Assembly: GCA_965223415.1 (NCBI GenBank)
Contig: OZ245002.1
Location: 5,152,001 to 5,216,000 of the forward strand
Direction of reading: 5' to 3'
DNA: 64,000 nucleotides
DNA from: Myxococcota bacterium
GTDB taxonomy: Bacteria > Myxococcota_A > UBA9160 > UBA6930
Shown here one piece after another: positions 1 to 8,977 of the stretch; position 1 is the first letter of the stretch; each line of letters opens with the position of its first letter. The notes beneath the pieces are model-generated. The model saw nothing but the letters and a program-made list of their open reading frames with translations, made no database searches and was not told where the DNA came from. The position numbers and the translations under genes are program-made.

Positions 1-161
1 TGCCCGGGCTCCTGGCCTACGAGGCGCGCGTCGCGGCGGTGAGCGAGTGGCCCGTCAGCGCGCCGACCCTGCTGCGCCTCGGAGTCCTGGCTGCGCTCGC
101 GGTCGGCTCCTGGCTCGGTGGCGCTGTGGTCGAGCGTCTCCTGAGCGTGGCGCTGGAGTAA
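1..161 (+). CDS. 3' end of a membrane protein (partial, runs in from the left edge)
   Basis: Open frame from base 3: PGLLAYEARVAAVSEWPVSAPTLLRLGVLAALAVGSWLGGAVVERLLSVALE, ending TAA at 159-161. High-GC3 codons and a hydrophobic helix. Confidence 0.65.
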   Translation, partial: PGLLAYEARVAAVSEWPVSAPTLLRLGVLAALAVGSWLGGAVVERLLSVALE

Positions 162-489
162 CCGGGCTCCGGAATCGCCAGCGAAAGCGGCGTCCAGAAC
201 CGGACCGGAACCCGAGCAGACATCGCGCGAGGGCCCGGAAGGGCGAAGACCCTGGAATCGTCGGAGTCGCCTCCGCCTTCCCGGCCTGCGGTATCCGAGC
301 CAGTCGTGAAGCGACCCCGTCGATGCCCTCCTTGAGGTAGAGTGGTTCGGTTCCTTGGTACGGCGAGGACGCCGCTCCAAGCGTGGGACCCATCGACGGT
401 CTCAAGGGAAGCCTGAGCAATGCCAGGTTTCGTCACACGGGCACCAACCGCATCTCGGCGCGAAGGTTCCGAAGGAGAAAGGAGTCGAC

Positions 490-1782
490 GTGCGGCACAC
501 GATACCTATCATCATCGTGATCACTCTGATCCTGCCGTGTGCAGCTCTGAGCGGTGAGGGTGCGACTCAGATCACTTTCGGGGGCGCGAGTTCGCCCGCC
601 TGGTCCCCGGATGGCAGCCAGATCGCGTTCCACTGGCTCCACGGCGGGAACTATGACGTCTGGGTGGTCCCGGCCACCGGGGGGATCGAGACTCAGATCA
701 CGTTCGACCCGGGCAACGACTTCTCGCCCACTTGGTCGCCCGACGGCAGCCAGATCGCGTTCCACACGCTCCGCGGTCACCCCCCCGGTCTCTGGGACAT
801 CTGGGTGATTCCGGCCGCCGGCGGGACCGCGACTCAGATCACGTTCGACCCGGCTCCCGCCACGTCACCTGCCTGGTCGCCCGACGGCAGCCAGATCGCG
901 TTCAGCTCGTTCCACAGTGGGAGCTACGATGTCTGGGTGATCCCGGCCACCGGGGGCACCGCGACCCAGATCACTTCCGGCCCGGCTCACGACTTCACCC
1001 CCGTCTGGTCGCCGGACGGCAGCCAGATCGCGTTCCAGTCGGACCGTAGTGGGAACGCGGACATCTGGGTGATCCCGGCCACCGGCGGAACCGCCACCCA
1101 GGTCACGTTCGACCCAGCATCGGACACGAGGCCTGCCTGGTCGCCGGACGGCAGCCAGATCGCGTTCCAGTCGGACCGCAGTGAGAACGCTGACGTCTGG
1201 GTGATCCCGGCCACCGGGGGGACCGCCACTCAGCTCACGTTCGACCCGGCTTTCGACGGTGGTCCTGCCTGGTCGCCGGATGGCAGCCGAATCGCGTTCG
1301 GCTCTGGCCGCAGCGGGACCACCAACATCTGGGTGATCGACGTTTCTCCGGACATCGACATCAAGCCCGGCAGCGATCTCAACTCCGTCAACCCGTTCAG
1401 CCGCGGCATCATTCCCGTGGCCATCCTGGGTTCCGACACCTTCGACGTGGCCGACGTGGATGTGACCAGCTTGGCATTCGGACCCGATGGAGCGGCGCCC
1501 GCCCACGTGCATCCGGAGGACGTCAACGGCGACGGGCTGACGGACCTGGTCTCGCACTACCAGACACGGGAGACCGGCATCGCTGCCGGAGACGAGGAAG
1601 CCTGCTTGACGGGCGAGACCCTGGACGGCACCACGTTCACGGGATGTGATGCCATCCGGACCGTCTCGGCCTGTGGGTTCGGGTTCGAGCTGGCCTTCCT
1701 GCTCCCGCCGCTGATGGCGGCGTCGCGTCGGGGCAGACGCCTGATCCGTTCGCCCCGGACCCAGTCCGGCGCGACACATTAA
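490..1782 (+). CDS. Secreted TolB-like PD40-repeat six-bladed beta-propeller with C-terminal IDIKPG domain and terminal TM/basic tail
   Basis: GTG at 490 after GGAG; signal peptide [21 protein letters not shown]; six repeats of [12 protein letters not shown]...[19 protein letters not shown] motif; ends [23 protein letters not shown]. Confidence 0.85.
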   Translation: MRHTIPIIIVITLILPCAALSGEGATQITFGGASSPAWSPDGSQIAFHWLHGGNYDVWVVPATGGIETQITFDPGNDFSPTWSPDGSQIAFHTLRGHPPGLWDIWVIPAAGGTATQITFDPAPATSPAWSPDGSQIAFSSFHSGSYDVWVIPATGGTATQITSGPAHDFTPVWSPDGSQIAFQSDRSGNADIWVIPATGGTATQVTFDPASDTRPAWSPDGSQIAFQSDRSENADVWVIPATGGTATQLTFDPAFDGGPAWSPDGSRIAFGSGRSGTTNIWVIDVSPDIDIKPGSDLNSVNPFSRGIIPVAILGSDTFDVADVDVTSLAFGPDGAAPAHVHPEDVNGDGLTDLVSHYQTRETGIAAGDEEACLTGETLDGTTFTGCDAIRTVSACGFGFELAFLLPPLMAASRRGRRLIRSPRTQSGATH

Positions 1783-1805
1783 GCCCCCGAAATCGCAACG
1801 AAAGA

Positions 1806-1881
1806 TGGCGTCCCCAACGGGACTCGAACCCGTGTTGCCGCCTTGAAAGGGCGGAGTCCTAGACCACTAGACGATGGGGAC
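1806..1881 (-). tRNA. tRNA-Glu (TTC)
   Basis: Reverse complement GTCCCCATCGTCTAGTGGTCTAGGACTCCGCCCTTTCAAGGCGGCAACACGGGTTCGAGTCCCGTTGGGGACGCCA: acceptor stem GTCCCCA/TGGGGAC, TTC anticodon, GGTTCGA T-loop, encoded CCA. Confidence 0.97.
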
Positions 1882-2135
1882 GCGGGGAGCCGACGGAGCC
1901 CACGGCGGGCGGGACCTGGCGGCGCCGGCGCAGTATCGCGAATCCCCCGCGCGATCCCCAGCAGGGGCCCCGGGGACCCGGCTCCCCCGTCACCTCGCCC
2001 CCCGCCCCCGGCACTCACTCCCGTCGGGCTCTGGGAAGAGGAGCGCTGCCGCCGGGGGGTGGTCGCGCAGACGTTGGAGATGCTGCTGTGGGGAACGGAA
2101 GCGACGTGCGGGCGGACCGGTGGGTCCGGGGGTGG

Positions 2136-2567
2136 ATGCGGATCGGGCTGATCGGGCTGGGCCTGCCGGTGGCGACGGCGGGGGTCGCCTGGGGCGCGGA
2201 CGGGGCGGCCGCGGCCAGCGGGGAGGCCTGGCAGAGCGGGCACATGGCGAGCCGCTACCGGAGCCTGTTGGCCGAGCCGACCCGGGCGCCGGAGCTGCGC
2301 GGTGCGGGCCGCTACGAGGCGATCCAGCAGGGCGAGGCGGAGACGCCCAGGACGAAGCCCCCGGAGACGCAGCCAGCCTGGTCCCAGCGCAGCTGGGAGA
2401 GCGGACCCTCGCGGCCGCCGGGCAAGCGCACGCGGCTCGGCCACGGGCCGGGCGGCGGAGCCAGCGCCAAGGCCAACGGGACGGGCGGCTCCCGCCGAGG
2501 CAGCAAGCCGCCGGGCATGCGGCCGCGGACCGGCGGGCGCTCGGTGAGTCGGTCCGGCGGGCGATAG
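2136..2567 (+). CDS. Hypothetical exported, low-complexity basic protein
   Basis: ATG followed by signal-like MRIGLIGLGLPVATAGVAWGA; fills the gap before the AAA gene; no recognisable domain. Confidence 0.4.
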   Translation: MRIGLIGLGLPVATAGVAWGADGAAAASGEAWQSGHMASRYRSLLAEPTRAPELRGAGRYEAIQQGEAETPRTKPPETQPAWSQRSWESGPSRPPGKRTRLGHGPGGGASAKANGTGGSRRGSKPPGMRPRTGGRSVSRSGGR

Positions 2568-2633
2568 GGGCGGCGGGGAGGCGTCCCCCGGGACGCGAGC
2601 GGCCGGCCGGGCCGGCCCTGGTACCCTCGTCCC

Positions 2634-3566
2634 ATGGACGATCTGACGATCCGCCAGGAGAAGGCCCAGAACCTCTGGACCAGCGCGACGCGGAAGATCC
2701 CGCCGCTGTCGAAGGCCTCGGAGGTGATCGGCGCGCCCCAGGTGGACGGCGAGTCGATCGGCGGGCTCGCCGAGGCGCAGGAGGAGGTGCTCACCTACGC
2801 CTGCGCCATGACCAATCCGGAGGTCTACGAGACCTGGGGCACGTTCCCGCCCTCGGGGCTCCTGCTGATCGGCCAGCCCGGCGCGGGCAAGACGCTCCTC
2901 GCCAAGGCCCTGGCCACCCGGGCCGACACGGCCTTCGTGCACATCCTGGTGCCGCGGCTCGCCCTCGAGATCGTGCACCACGGCGGCAAGGTGGGCGAGC
3001 TCCTGGAGGGCTGGAGCCAGGTGCTCTCGGAGATGCCCCCCACCACGGTCTACTTCCACGAGCTCGAGTTCTTCCAGGCCGAGGAGATCGGCGGCCGGCG
3101 CTCGGACCTGCCGATCGGGCCGATCATGGACTTCCTGGGCGAGCTGACCGATCGCGCGGTGACGCCGGAGCACACCCTGGTGGTGGGCTCGACGAGTCAC
3201 CCCGACACGCTGCGGCCGGCGTTCGTGCAGCCGGGCCGCTTCGAGCGCGTCGTGGAGGTGACGCCGGCCTACCCGGACGACATCGTGGCGGCGCTCCAGA
3301 TCCACGCGAGGGCGGCCGAGAAGCGGGCCGGCAAGGCGCTCTTCGGCGAGGTCGACTGGGCCGACGTCGTGAGCCGCTTCCGCGAGCCCTCGACGGGAGA
3401 CTGGATCCACCTGATGCACAGCGTGCTGCGACGCAAGGCCCGCTGTGAGGCGGCCGCCGAGGAGGTCGCGCCGGTCACCACCGACGACCTGCTGCGGGAG
3501 GTGGATCTCTACCGGCGCACGCGCAAGCGGCTGCCCCAGCGGGCGCCGGCGGGCACCTATCTGTGA
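2634..3566 (+). CDS. AAA+ ATPase (PAN/Cdc48-like single module, degenerate Walker B)
   Basis: IGGL pre-motif, Walker A GQPGAGKT, Walker B region VYFHELE, SRH-like [13 protein letters not shown]. Confidence 0.85.
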   Translation: MDDLTIRQEKAQNLWTSATRKIPPLSKASEVIGAPQVDGESIGGLAEAQEEVLTYACAMTNPEVYETWGTFPPSGLLLIGQPGAGKTLLAKALATRADTAFVHILVPRLALEIVHHGGKVGELLEGWSQVLSEMPPTTVYFHELEFFQAEEIGGRRSDLPIGPIMDFLGELTDRAVTPEHTLVVGSTSHPDTLRPAFVQPGRFERVVEVTPAYPDDIVAALQIHARAAEKRAGKALFGEVDWADVVSRFREPSTGDWIHLMHSVLRRKARCEAAAEEVAPVTTDDLLREVDLYRRTRKRLPQRAPAGTYL

Positions 3567-4651
3567 GCCGCTGGATCGTCACCGGCGGTGCGGGCTTCAT
3601 CGGCTCGAACTTCGTGCGCCACGTGCTGGGGGAGACCGACGCCCGGGTGGTGGTGGTCGACAAGCTCACCTACGCGGGCAACCTCCAGAGCCTGCGCGAT
3701 CTGGCCGACGATCCGCGCTTCGCCTTCGAGGAGGCGGACGTCGCCGACCGCGAGGCGATGGACGCGCTGTTCGCCCGGGAGCGGCCGGCGGTGGTGGTGA
3801 ACTTCGCCGCCGAGACCCACGTCGATCGCTCGATCGACGGCCCGGTGGAGTTCGTGCACACGAACGTGCTCGGCACGCTGCAGCTGCTCGAGGCCGCCCG
3901 CGCCCACGCGGCCAGCCTGCCCTCTTCGGAGCGGGAGGCCTTCCGCTTCCTCCAGATCTCCACCGACGAGGTCTACGGCTCGCTCGGGGCCGAGGGGCTC
4001 TTCCGCGAGGACACGCCCTTCGCGCCGAACTCGCCCTACTCCGCCTCCAAGGCCGGCGCCGACCATCTGGTGCGGGCCTACCATGTGACCTACGGCCTGC
4101 CCACGCTGCTCACCCACTGCTCCAACAACTACGGGCCCTACCAGTTCCCGGAGAAGCTGATCCCGCTGATGATCCTGAACGCCCTCGAGGGCAAGCCCCT
4201 GCCGATCTACGGCGACGGGCTCCAGGTGCGGGACTGGCTCTTCGTCGAGGACCACTGCCGCGCCCTGCTGCGCATCCTCGAGGCCGCGGCGCCCGGTGCC
4301 CACTACAACATCGGGGGCCGGGCGGAGCACACGAACCTGGAGATCGTGGACCGGCTGTGCGAGACGCTCGAGGCGGCCCACCCGGCCGCGGACGATCCAG
4401 TGCTGCGCGGGCGGGACGTGGAGCGCTACGAGAGCCTCAAGACCTTCGTGGAGGACCGGCCCGGCCACGATCGCCGCTACGCCATCGACGACCGACGCCT
4501 GCGCGAGGAGCTGGGCTGGGCGCCGAGCCTCGACCTGGCGACGGGCCTGGAGCGCACGGTCGCCTGGTACCTGGCGCACCGGGAGTGGTGCGAGGCGGTG
4601 CAGACGGGCAGCTACCGCCGGGAGCGGCTCGGGCTCGCGCCGGGCTCCTAG
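3563..4651 (+). CDS. rfbB: dTDP-glucose 4,6-dehydratase
   Basis: [50 protein letters not shown]. Confidence 0.95.
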   Translation: MSRWIVTGGAGFIGSNFVRHVLGETDARVVVVDKLTYAGNLQSLRDLADDPRFAFEEADVADREAMDALFARERPAVVVNFAAETHVDRSIDGPVEFVHTNVLGTLQLLEAARAHAASLPSSEREAFRFLQISTDEVYGSLGAEGLFREDTPFAPNSPYSASKAGADHLVRAYHVTYGLPTLLTHCSNNYGPYQFPEKLIPLMILNALEGKPLPIYGDGLQVRDWLFVEDHCRALLRILEAAAPGAHYNIGGRAEHTNLEIVDRLCETLEAAHPAADDPVLRGRDVERYESLKTFVEDRPGHDRRYAIDDRRLREELGWAPSLDLATGLERTVAWYLAHREWCEAVQTGSYRRERLGLAPGS

Positions 4652-4657
4652 GCGCCG

Positions 4658-4828
4658 CTAGCGGGCCGCGAGAGCGGTCGGGGCGCGCAAGCCCGCCTGG
4701 TCGGCGGCGATCCGGGCCGAGAGGCACGAGCGGCAGATGCCGTGGCTCGCGGCCGGGCTGGCCTCGGGGACGATCCGGGGATCGGGCCGGGCCGTGATCG
4801 TCGTTTCACACCATGCGCAGACAACCAT
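4658..4828 (-). CDS. 56-aa putative zinc-binding microprotein (CAWC...HGICxxC)
   Basis: MVVCAWCETTITARPDPRIVPEASPAASHGICRSCLSARIAADQAGLRAPTALAAR: two CxxC pairs, convergent with rfbB. Confidence 0.6.
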   Translation of the reverse strand: MVVCAWCETTITARPDPRIVPEASPAASHGICRSCLSARIAADQAGLRAPTALAAR

Positions 4829-5168
4829 CTCATCAGGGAAGTGGCCCGCCGGCCCCGGAGGTGGCAAACAAATCCCGGGATCGGGATGTCCCGGATCCGG
4901 GACGCGCCGAGGCGATCCTTGGTGATGTGAAACACACCCACTCGAGCCTTCCCCTCGGGAGACTCGCGTCGGCTGGGGCCTCTCCTCCCGCCACTGCGCG
5001 TGCGTGAGGCGGCAGGCCCGGTGCAGCCTGCTCCCCGACTGCTCCCCTCCTGCGCGCTGCCGGACCGCTCCGGGTCCCAGGCTCAGGAATCTTCCGGGTT
5101 CGGGCCGGATCGGCAGGAACGCGCCGAAGCCCCCGGCAGGGCTGGGCTTTGGTGTGCCCAGGGCGCGT

Positions 5169-5184
5169 CGGCACGGGCCTTGAA
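5169..5184 (+). promoter_or_regulatory. Possible sigma-54 promoter for the HD-GYP regulator operon
   Basis: CGGCACGGGCCTTGAA versus consensus TGGCAC-N5-TTGC (the -12 GC is GA here); about 40 bp upstream of ATG 5226, which has a GGAGG RBS. Confidence 0.4.
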
Positions 5185-5225
5185 GTACCCCGGCCTTCCC
5201 GGAACCCGCCGGAGGTGGACCCCCC

Positions 5226-6353
5226 ATGCCCGAGCCCACCGTCCTCTTCGTGGACGATGAGGTGAACATCCTGAAGGCGCTCCAGCGCCTGCTCCGCCAC
5301 GAAGGCTGGACGGTGCTCACCGCTTCGCGCGGCGAGGAGGCCCTCGGCCTCCTGGACCAGCATCCGGCCCAGGTCGTCGTCTCCGATCAGCGCATGCCCG
5401 AGATGAGCGGCGTCGAGCTGCTCTCGCAGATCCGCGAGCGCTACCCGGCGATCGTGCGGATGATGCTCACCGGCTACACGGAAATGAACGTCGCCGTGGA
5501 CGCGATCAACCAGGGCGAGATCTTCCGTCTGATCACGAAGCCGTGGAACGACGAGGAGCTCAAGGCCACGCTGCGCCAGGCCTTCGACCACTTCGCCCTG
5601 AAGAACGAGATCAAACGCCTCAACCAGGTGACCCGCGAGCAGAACCTGCGCCTCCAGGACATGAACCGGAACCTGGAGGGAAAGGTCCGCGAGCGCACCA
5701 AGCAGGTGGCGGAGAAGCACCAGGAGCTGCGCATCGCCTACGTGCAGACGATCCGCGCGCTGGCGGAGGCGGTGGACGCCAAGGACGCCTACACGCGCGG
5801 CCACTCGGAGCGGGTCGGGGTGTATGCCTCGAAGATGGGCAGGGAGCTCGGGCTTCCGAAGGAGGTCATCGAGCGGGTCTACATCTCGGGGCTGCTGCAC
5901 GACGTCGGCAAGATCGGCGTGCGGGATGCGGTCATCACCAAGCCCGACCGGCTCACGCCCGAGGAGTACGAGGAGATCAAGCAGCACCCGGAGATCGGGG
6001 CGCGAATTCTCCAGCCGGTGGCGTTCCTGTCCGATGTGGTGGCCTGCGTGCGCCACCACCACGAGTGGTACGACGGCTGCGAGCGGGGCTACCCCGACCA
6101 GCTGAACGGAGACGCGATTCCCCTCCCCTCGCGCATCATCATCGTCGCGGACACGGTCGAGGCCATGACCAGCGACCGACCCTACCGCACCGGGCTCGAG
6201 CTCGAAGCGGTGGTGCGGGAGCTCGTGAAGTACTCCGGCTCCCAGTTCGATCCCCGCTGCGTGGACGTGATGCTGCGGCTGCTCGAGGCCGAGGGCGAGT
6301 CGTTCATCAAGAAGGACCAGAAGTTCGACATCCATGCCTTCCTCGAAGTCTGA
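5226..6353 (+). CDS. Response regulator with HD-GYP c-di-GMP phosphodiesterase domain
   Basis: REC (VLFVDDE, SDQRMPEMSG, KPW), coiled coil, HSERV, LLHDVGKIG, HHEWYDG..GYP. Confidence 0.93.
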   Translation: MPEPTVLFVDDEVNILKALQRLLRHEGWTVLTASRGEEALGLLDQHPAQVVVSDQRMPEMSGVELLSQIRERYPAIVRMMLTGYTEMNVAVDAINQGEIFRLITKPWNDEELKATLRQAFDHFALKNEIKRLNQVTREQNLRLQDMNRNLEGKVRERTKQVAEKHQELRIAYVQTIRALAEAVDAKDAYTRGHSERVGVYASKMGRELGLPKEVIERVYISGLLHDVGKIGVRDAVITKPDRLTPEEYEEIKQHPEIGARILQPVAFLSDVVACVRHHHEWYDGCERGYPDQLNGDAIPLPSRIIIVADTVEAMTSDRPYRTGLELEAVVRELVKYSGSQFDPRCVDVMLRLLEAEGESFIKKDQKFDIHAFLEV

Positions 6354-7374
6354 TCGCGAAGTGCGGGGCGGGATCCGGCTCCTGTCCCAGGAGCTGGCCG
6401 CCCTCGGCGTGGACCTGCACGCGACGTTGCAGGAGGAGCCGCGCTTCCTGCTGGACCAGCGGCTGCTGGGCGCCCTGCACCAGGAGCTGTTCGCCCAGCT
6501 CGGCCCCGTCGATGCGCGGGCGGCGCTGGTGCAAATGGGCTTCCTGCACGGGTTGCGGGACGCGCTGCGGCTGGTGGCCCGGGGCTTCGGCGCCTCGGCG
6601 TCCCATGCGGCGGGCCTGCCGACCAACGCGCGGCTCGCGATCCGCTTCGCGCGGGCGCCGAGCGGCGGCGGCCTGCTCGTGCAGGGGAGCTGGCCGGAGC
6701 GACACGAGGCCGACGCGGTACGCGCGGTGCTGGGCCTGCGCGGAGAGCCGGCCTGCGCGGTCAGCGCCGGGTTCACCTCCGGATGGCTCTCGGGCATCTA
6801 CGACACGGATCTCCTCGCCTTCGAGACGACCTGCCGCGCCAGCGGCGAACGCGAGTGCAGCTTCCAGGCCCGGGACGCCTCCCAGTGGCATCGCGGGGAC
6901 GACCCGGCCGTGGAGGAGGCTCTCCTCGCCCTCCCTTTCCAGCCCCTGCGCGACGTCGTCGCGCGGCACATGGCCGAGCACGAGATCGCCGACCCGTACG
7001 ATGGCGACGCGTTCGAGCCCGGGGCCGCCATCGTGCACGTCTGGGGCCCGGTGATGGTGATCCCCTTCTCGGGCCCCGAAGAGTCGCTGCGCGCCCTCGA
7101 GCTGATCGGCCGCGATCCCGGCGCCCGCGACGTGCGGGTGGTCGTGATCGATCTCTCCGGCGCCATCATCGACGAGGGCTTCGGCGCCGCCGCCCTCGAG
7201 CAGCTCCTCGAGGCCGTCGCGGGCTGGGGCGCCGAGCCGATCCTCGCCGGCGTGTCGCCCCTCTCGGAGCCCGTCGTCGCCGGCCTCGAAGCCTCCCACC
7301 TCGTCGTCTCGAAGGACCTCCCCGATGCCATTGCCCTCGCCTTCCAGGTCGCCGACCTCCAACGCCGCGCCTAG
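6334..7374 (+). CDS. V4R + STAS domain protein (RsbR-like sensor)
   Basis: V4R: PACAVSAGFTSGWLS..ETTCRASGERECSF; C-terminal STAS-like VMVIPFSG..VVVIDLSG..GAEPILAGVSP. Confidence 0.75.
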   Translation: MPSSKSDREVRGGIRLLSQELAALGVDLHATLQEEPRFLLDQRLLGALHQELFAQLGPVDARAALVQMGFLHGLRDALRLVARGFGASASHAAGLPTNARLAIRFARAPSGGGLLVQGSWPERHEADAVRAVLGLRGEPACAVSAGFTSGWLSGIYDTDLLAFETTCRASGERECSFQARDASQWHRGDDPAVEEALLALPFQPLRDVVARHMAEHEIADPYDGDAFEPGAAIVHVWGPVMVIPFSGPEESLRALELIGRDPGARDVRVVVIDLSGAIIDEGFGAAALEQLLEAVAGWGAEPILAGVSPLSEPVVAGLEASHLVVSKDLPDAIALAFQVADLQRRA

Positions 7375-7381
7375 CCCCGAA

Positions 7382-7455
7382 AACGCAAGAACGGGGACGT
7401 TCCTTGCAACTTGCGCAATTGCGCAAGTTGCAAGGAACGTCCCCGTTCTTGCGTT
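7382..7455. repeat. Perfect 74-bp palindrome (37-bp arms), GGGGACGTTCCT-core REP-like doublet, copy 1
   Basis: AACGCAAGAACGGGGACGTTCCTTGCAACTTGCGCAA followed directly by its exact reverse complement, 7 bp after the stop at 7374. Confidence 0.95.
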
Positions 7456-7501
7456 CTGACTGCGGGTCAAGTCCTGGGGCGGTTCGCCCGAAAGCGGGGC
7501 G

Positions 7502-8977
7502 ATGGCCTCCCTTGCCGACACGCCCCTGCCCCGGTTGCTGGTGGAGCTCCACCGTCAGGGCTTCGAGGGGTGGGTGAGCCTCGAGCGGGGGAACCTGCGG
7601 CGGCGCGTGCAGTGGCAGGGCGGCGTGCCCACGCGGCTGGACTCGACCGCCGAAGCCGATGCCCTGGTCGAGCGGCTGATCGCGCGCGGCCTCGTGGGCG
7701 AGGACGCGCGCACCAAGGTGCGCCGCGAGCTGGCGCGCAAGGCGGCCCCGGAGCTGGCGGTGCTCGTCGGCCTCAAGCTCGCCCCGCCGAGGGAGCTGCT
7801 GGCGGCCGTGGGCGACCAGCTGCGCACCTGCCTGCTGGACGCCATGACCTGGGAGACGGGCAGCGTGAGCTTCGAGCCGGCGTCGGGCAGTGAAGGTGCG
7901 CCGGCGGCCGCCCCGGTGGACGTGCTGGCGATCGCCGCGGAAGGCGTGGCCCGCCACTGGCGGGCCGACCAGGTGCTCCAGGGCCTGGGCGACCGGGTGA
8001 CCCAGTTCCCCGCCGCCGGCGACACCCTGGACGACCTGCGCGGACGGCTCCCCACGAGCCCCGCCGTCGTGGACCTGCTCGAGAACCTCGGCAGCGGCGA
8101 GTCCGCCTTCAATCTCCTGCGCCGTGTCAACGATCCCCTCGCCCACGGCACGCTGTGGCTGCTCGACGCGTGCGGCGCCCTCGAGTGGAGCGCCATGCCG
8201 CCGGAACGGGAGGAGCCGGAGGAAGCGGAGAGCGACGACTTCGCGCAGACCGAGCTGGAGATCATCGTCGCCGACACGCCGGCCGGCAGCGACGAAGCCA
8301 GCGCAGCTCGCGCGACGGCCGAGGCCTCCTCCGCCACCGACGCCAAGGCCGAGACGCTCCGGACGGAGATCCTCAAGCTCTACGACCAGCTCCAGGACCT
8401 CGACTACTGGGCCCTGCTGGGCGTCGACCGGGACGCCCCGGCGCCGAAGATCAAGAAGGCCTACCTCAAGGCCGCCAAGCGCCTGCACCCGGACAAGGTC
8501 TCCCAGGCCGGCCTCGAGGACGTGAAGGACGCCGCCAACGAGCTCTTCGCGGAGATCACCCGCGCCCATCAGGTGCTCACCGATCCCGACGAGCGCCGCG
8601 CCTACGAGGCCTCCCTCGAGGGCCACACCACCTTCGACGCGGACCGGCTCGGCCAGGCCGAGGCGCTCTTCCGCAAGGGCGAGATCATGATGAAGGCGGG
8701 CAGCTTCCGGGAGGCCCACGAGCTTCTCGAAGCCGCCGTCTCGCTCTGGCCGGAGGAGGCCGACTACCAGGCCGCCCTCGCCTGGACGCTCTTCAAGAAG
8801 ACCCCGCCGGAGGACGCCCGCGCCATCGAGCACTTCGAGAAGGCGCTCTCCCTGAACGAAGACGACGCGGTCATCCACGCGCGCTTCGCCCTCGTCCTCA
8901 AGGCGAACGGCGAGGCGGACCGGGCTGCCAGCGAGAGCGCCCGGGCCCAGGCCCTCGACCCCCAGGTCAAGGTCTAG
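7502..8977 (+). CDS. DnaJ-domain/TPR protein with N-terminal DUF4388-like region
   Basis: DYWALLGV..IKKAYLKAAKRLHPDK (HPD motif); C-terminal TPR-like helices. Confidence 0.85.
   Translation: MASLADTPLPRLLVELHRQGFEGWVSLERGNLRRRVQWQGGVPTRLDSTAEADALVERLIARGLVGEDARTKVRRELARKAAPELAVLVGLKLAPPRELLAAVGDQLRTCLLDAMTWETGSVSFEPASGSEGAPAAAPVDVLAIAAEGVARHWRADQVLQGLGDRVTQFPAAGDTLDDLRGRLPTSPAVVDLLENLGSGESAFNLLRRVNDPLAHGTLWLLDACGALEWSAMPPEREEPEEAESDDFAQTELEIIVADTPAGSDEASAARATAEASSATDAKAETLRTEILKLYDQLQDLDYWALLGVDRDAPAPKIKKAYLKAAKRLHPDKVSQAGLEDVKDAANELFAEITRAHQVLTDPDERRAYEASLEGHTTFDADRLGQAEALFRKGEIMMKAGSFREAHELLEAAVSLWPEEADYQAALAWTLFKKTPPEDARAIEHFEKALSLNEDDAVIHARFALVLKANGEADRAASESARAQALDPQVKV

Noticed and set aside
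340..440. Riboswitch-like leader before the PD40 gene
   Set aside because: Only short hairpins are present, with no recognisable aptamer consensus.
560..1340. Diversity-generating retroelement TR/VR pair in the PD40 repeats
   Set aside because: Differences are not adenine-specific, all repeats are in-frame blades, and no reverse transcriptase is visible.
4860..4935. c-di-GMP-I riboswitch (GGCAAAC...GGGACGC) upstream of the HD-GYP gene
   Set aside because: No GNRA tetraloop/receptor or GCAAAG junction, and P2 cannot be built convincingly. An Rfam scan would settle it.
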